64,000 bases of DNA from Camelus ferus (Eukaryota). Positions 63,101 to 64,000 of this stretch are shown in pieces. The stretch lies in assembly GCF_009834535.1 (NCBI RefSeq), contig NC_045696.1, positions 13,704,001 through 13,768,000 on the forward strand. Reading direction: 5' to 3'. The translations under genes and the position numbers were made by a program. Every line of letters starts with the position of its first letter. Position 1 is the first letter of the stretch. The notes beneath the pieces were generated by a model. It did not search any database. It saw nothing but the letters and a program-made list of their open reading frames with translations, and was not told the origin of the DNA.

Positions 63101-63781
63101 CAGATACTTGACAACACCCTCCAGTTCTCTAAGGATGGGAAATAGAAGAGATCATTACTGGTTGTCAGAGGTACACAGATACATCTATCCTAAGGTTGGT
63201 AGTCTGGCCACAGCAGTAGATACCTACCTGTGTGTGTAAGTCTTGGTGAGTCGAGTGTGAATTTGTTCTTGGGTGACGTCTGCAGATCATCATTGTGAAA
63301 AGGCATAAATGAGAGCCAATGGCATAGAAAGATTCTGGTTTCAAAACAGCACTAAAGACCTTCTGTTTAGAACAGTTCGTAAAAACAAAGTGAGATCCTT
63401 ATTTCTGAACCTGATACCATCCCCCTCAAATTCAGACTCTTAGAGATTGCTTGGGTTCTAATATACCATCGAGTCCACCTCGTAATTTTTTATTTTAGCA
63501 GTGAAGAAATAGATTCAGGAACTAGCCAGATACACAGTTAATTGGGCAAGGCATTGGGATCCTGGCTTCTTCGATGAGGTTCTGGTCTTCTACATTGTGC
63601 CTGATAGATTTTTGGTGGAAGGCTTTTTGATTTAATCTTGATTTATAAAAGCCCTCTCCAACTGAGTAATGTCATATGTGTTCTAAGCCAAAACTGCTTT
63701 TATGTCACCATTGATTTGCAGTTTACAAGAATAGATGGAACCAAGATGGTACCTGAGTATGCCTGTTAAAATTTCTAAGAT

Positions 63782-63848
63782 GAAGGAAAGAAAGAAAAAA
63801 ACAAAGAAGGAAACAAAGAAGCAAAGAAACAAAGAAAAAAAAAGAAAG
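63782..63848 (+). repeat. GA-rich (GAAA/CAAAGAA) low-complexity repeat
   Basis: Seen directly in the sequence. Confidence 0.85.
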
Positions 63849-64000
63849 TTAGCTTTGATCTGAGTCTTCTCATTATTAATATGACATCTTCTTCTCAGCC
63901 CTTATGGTGCAGTGAACTGGGGCAAGCACTCTGTGAAAGTATTTCCATTATGAAGTCAGTTGAATATAAAGTAGCATATTGGAGACAAATATCCATAGAC

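Overview
This is AT-rich, repeat-dense eutherian DNA, not prokaryotic. It is probably camelid, judged from a tRNA-Ala-derived Vic-1-type SINE and the young L1 3' UTRs. It holds one protein-coding gene, intronless claudin-17 (CLDN17, minus strand, ATG at 33121, 225 aa). By human synteny (recalled, not checked) this is the GRIK1-CLDN17-CLDN8 interval, with CLDN8 beyond the right edge. The rest is layered transposon debris: an ancient ERVL gag-pro-pol relic split by an L1, plus L2, MIR, CR1, MLT, MER and younger L1 tails with visible target-site duplications (TSDs). The other ORFs in the track look like chance or repeat-derived frames. I found no convincing previously undescribed system. The best leads are stacked uORFs in the CLDN17 leader, three apparent Tyr-to-His changes in the CLDN17 tail, an orphan poly(A) insertion with a perfect 15-bp TSD, two L1 copies whose 5' end is fused to the 3' end, and a strong CTCF motif at ~60.15 kb. 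Repeat names come from recalled consensus sequences, not a search, and boundaries of old repeats are approximate.
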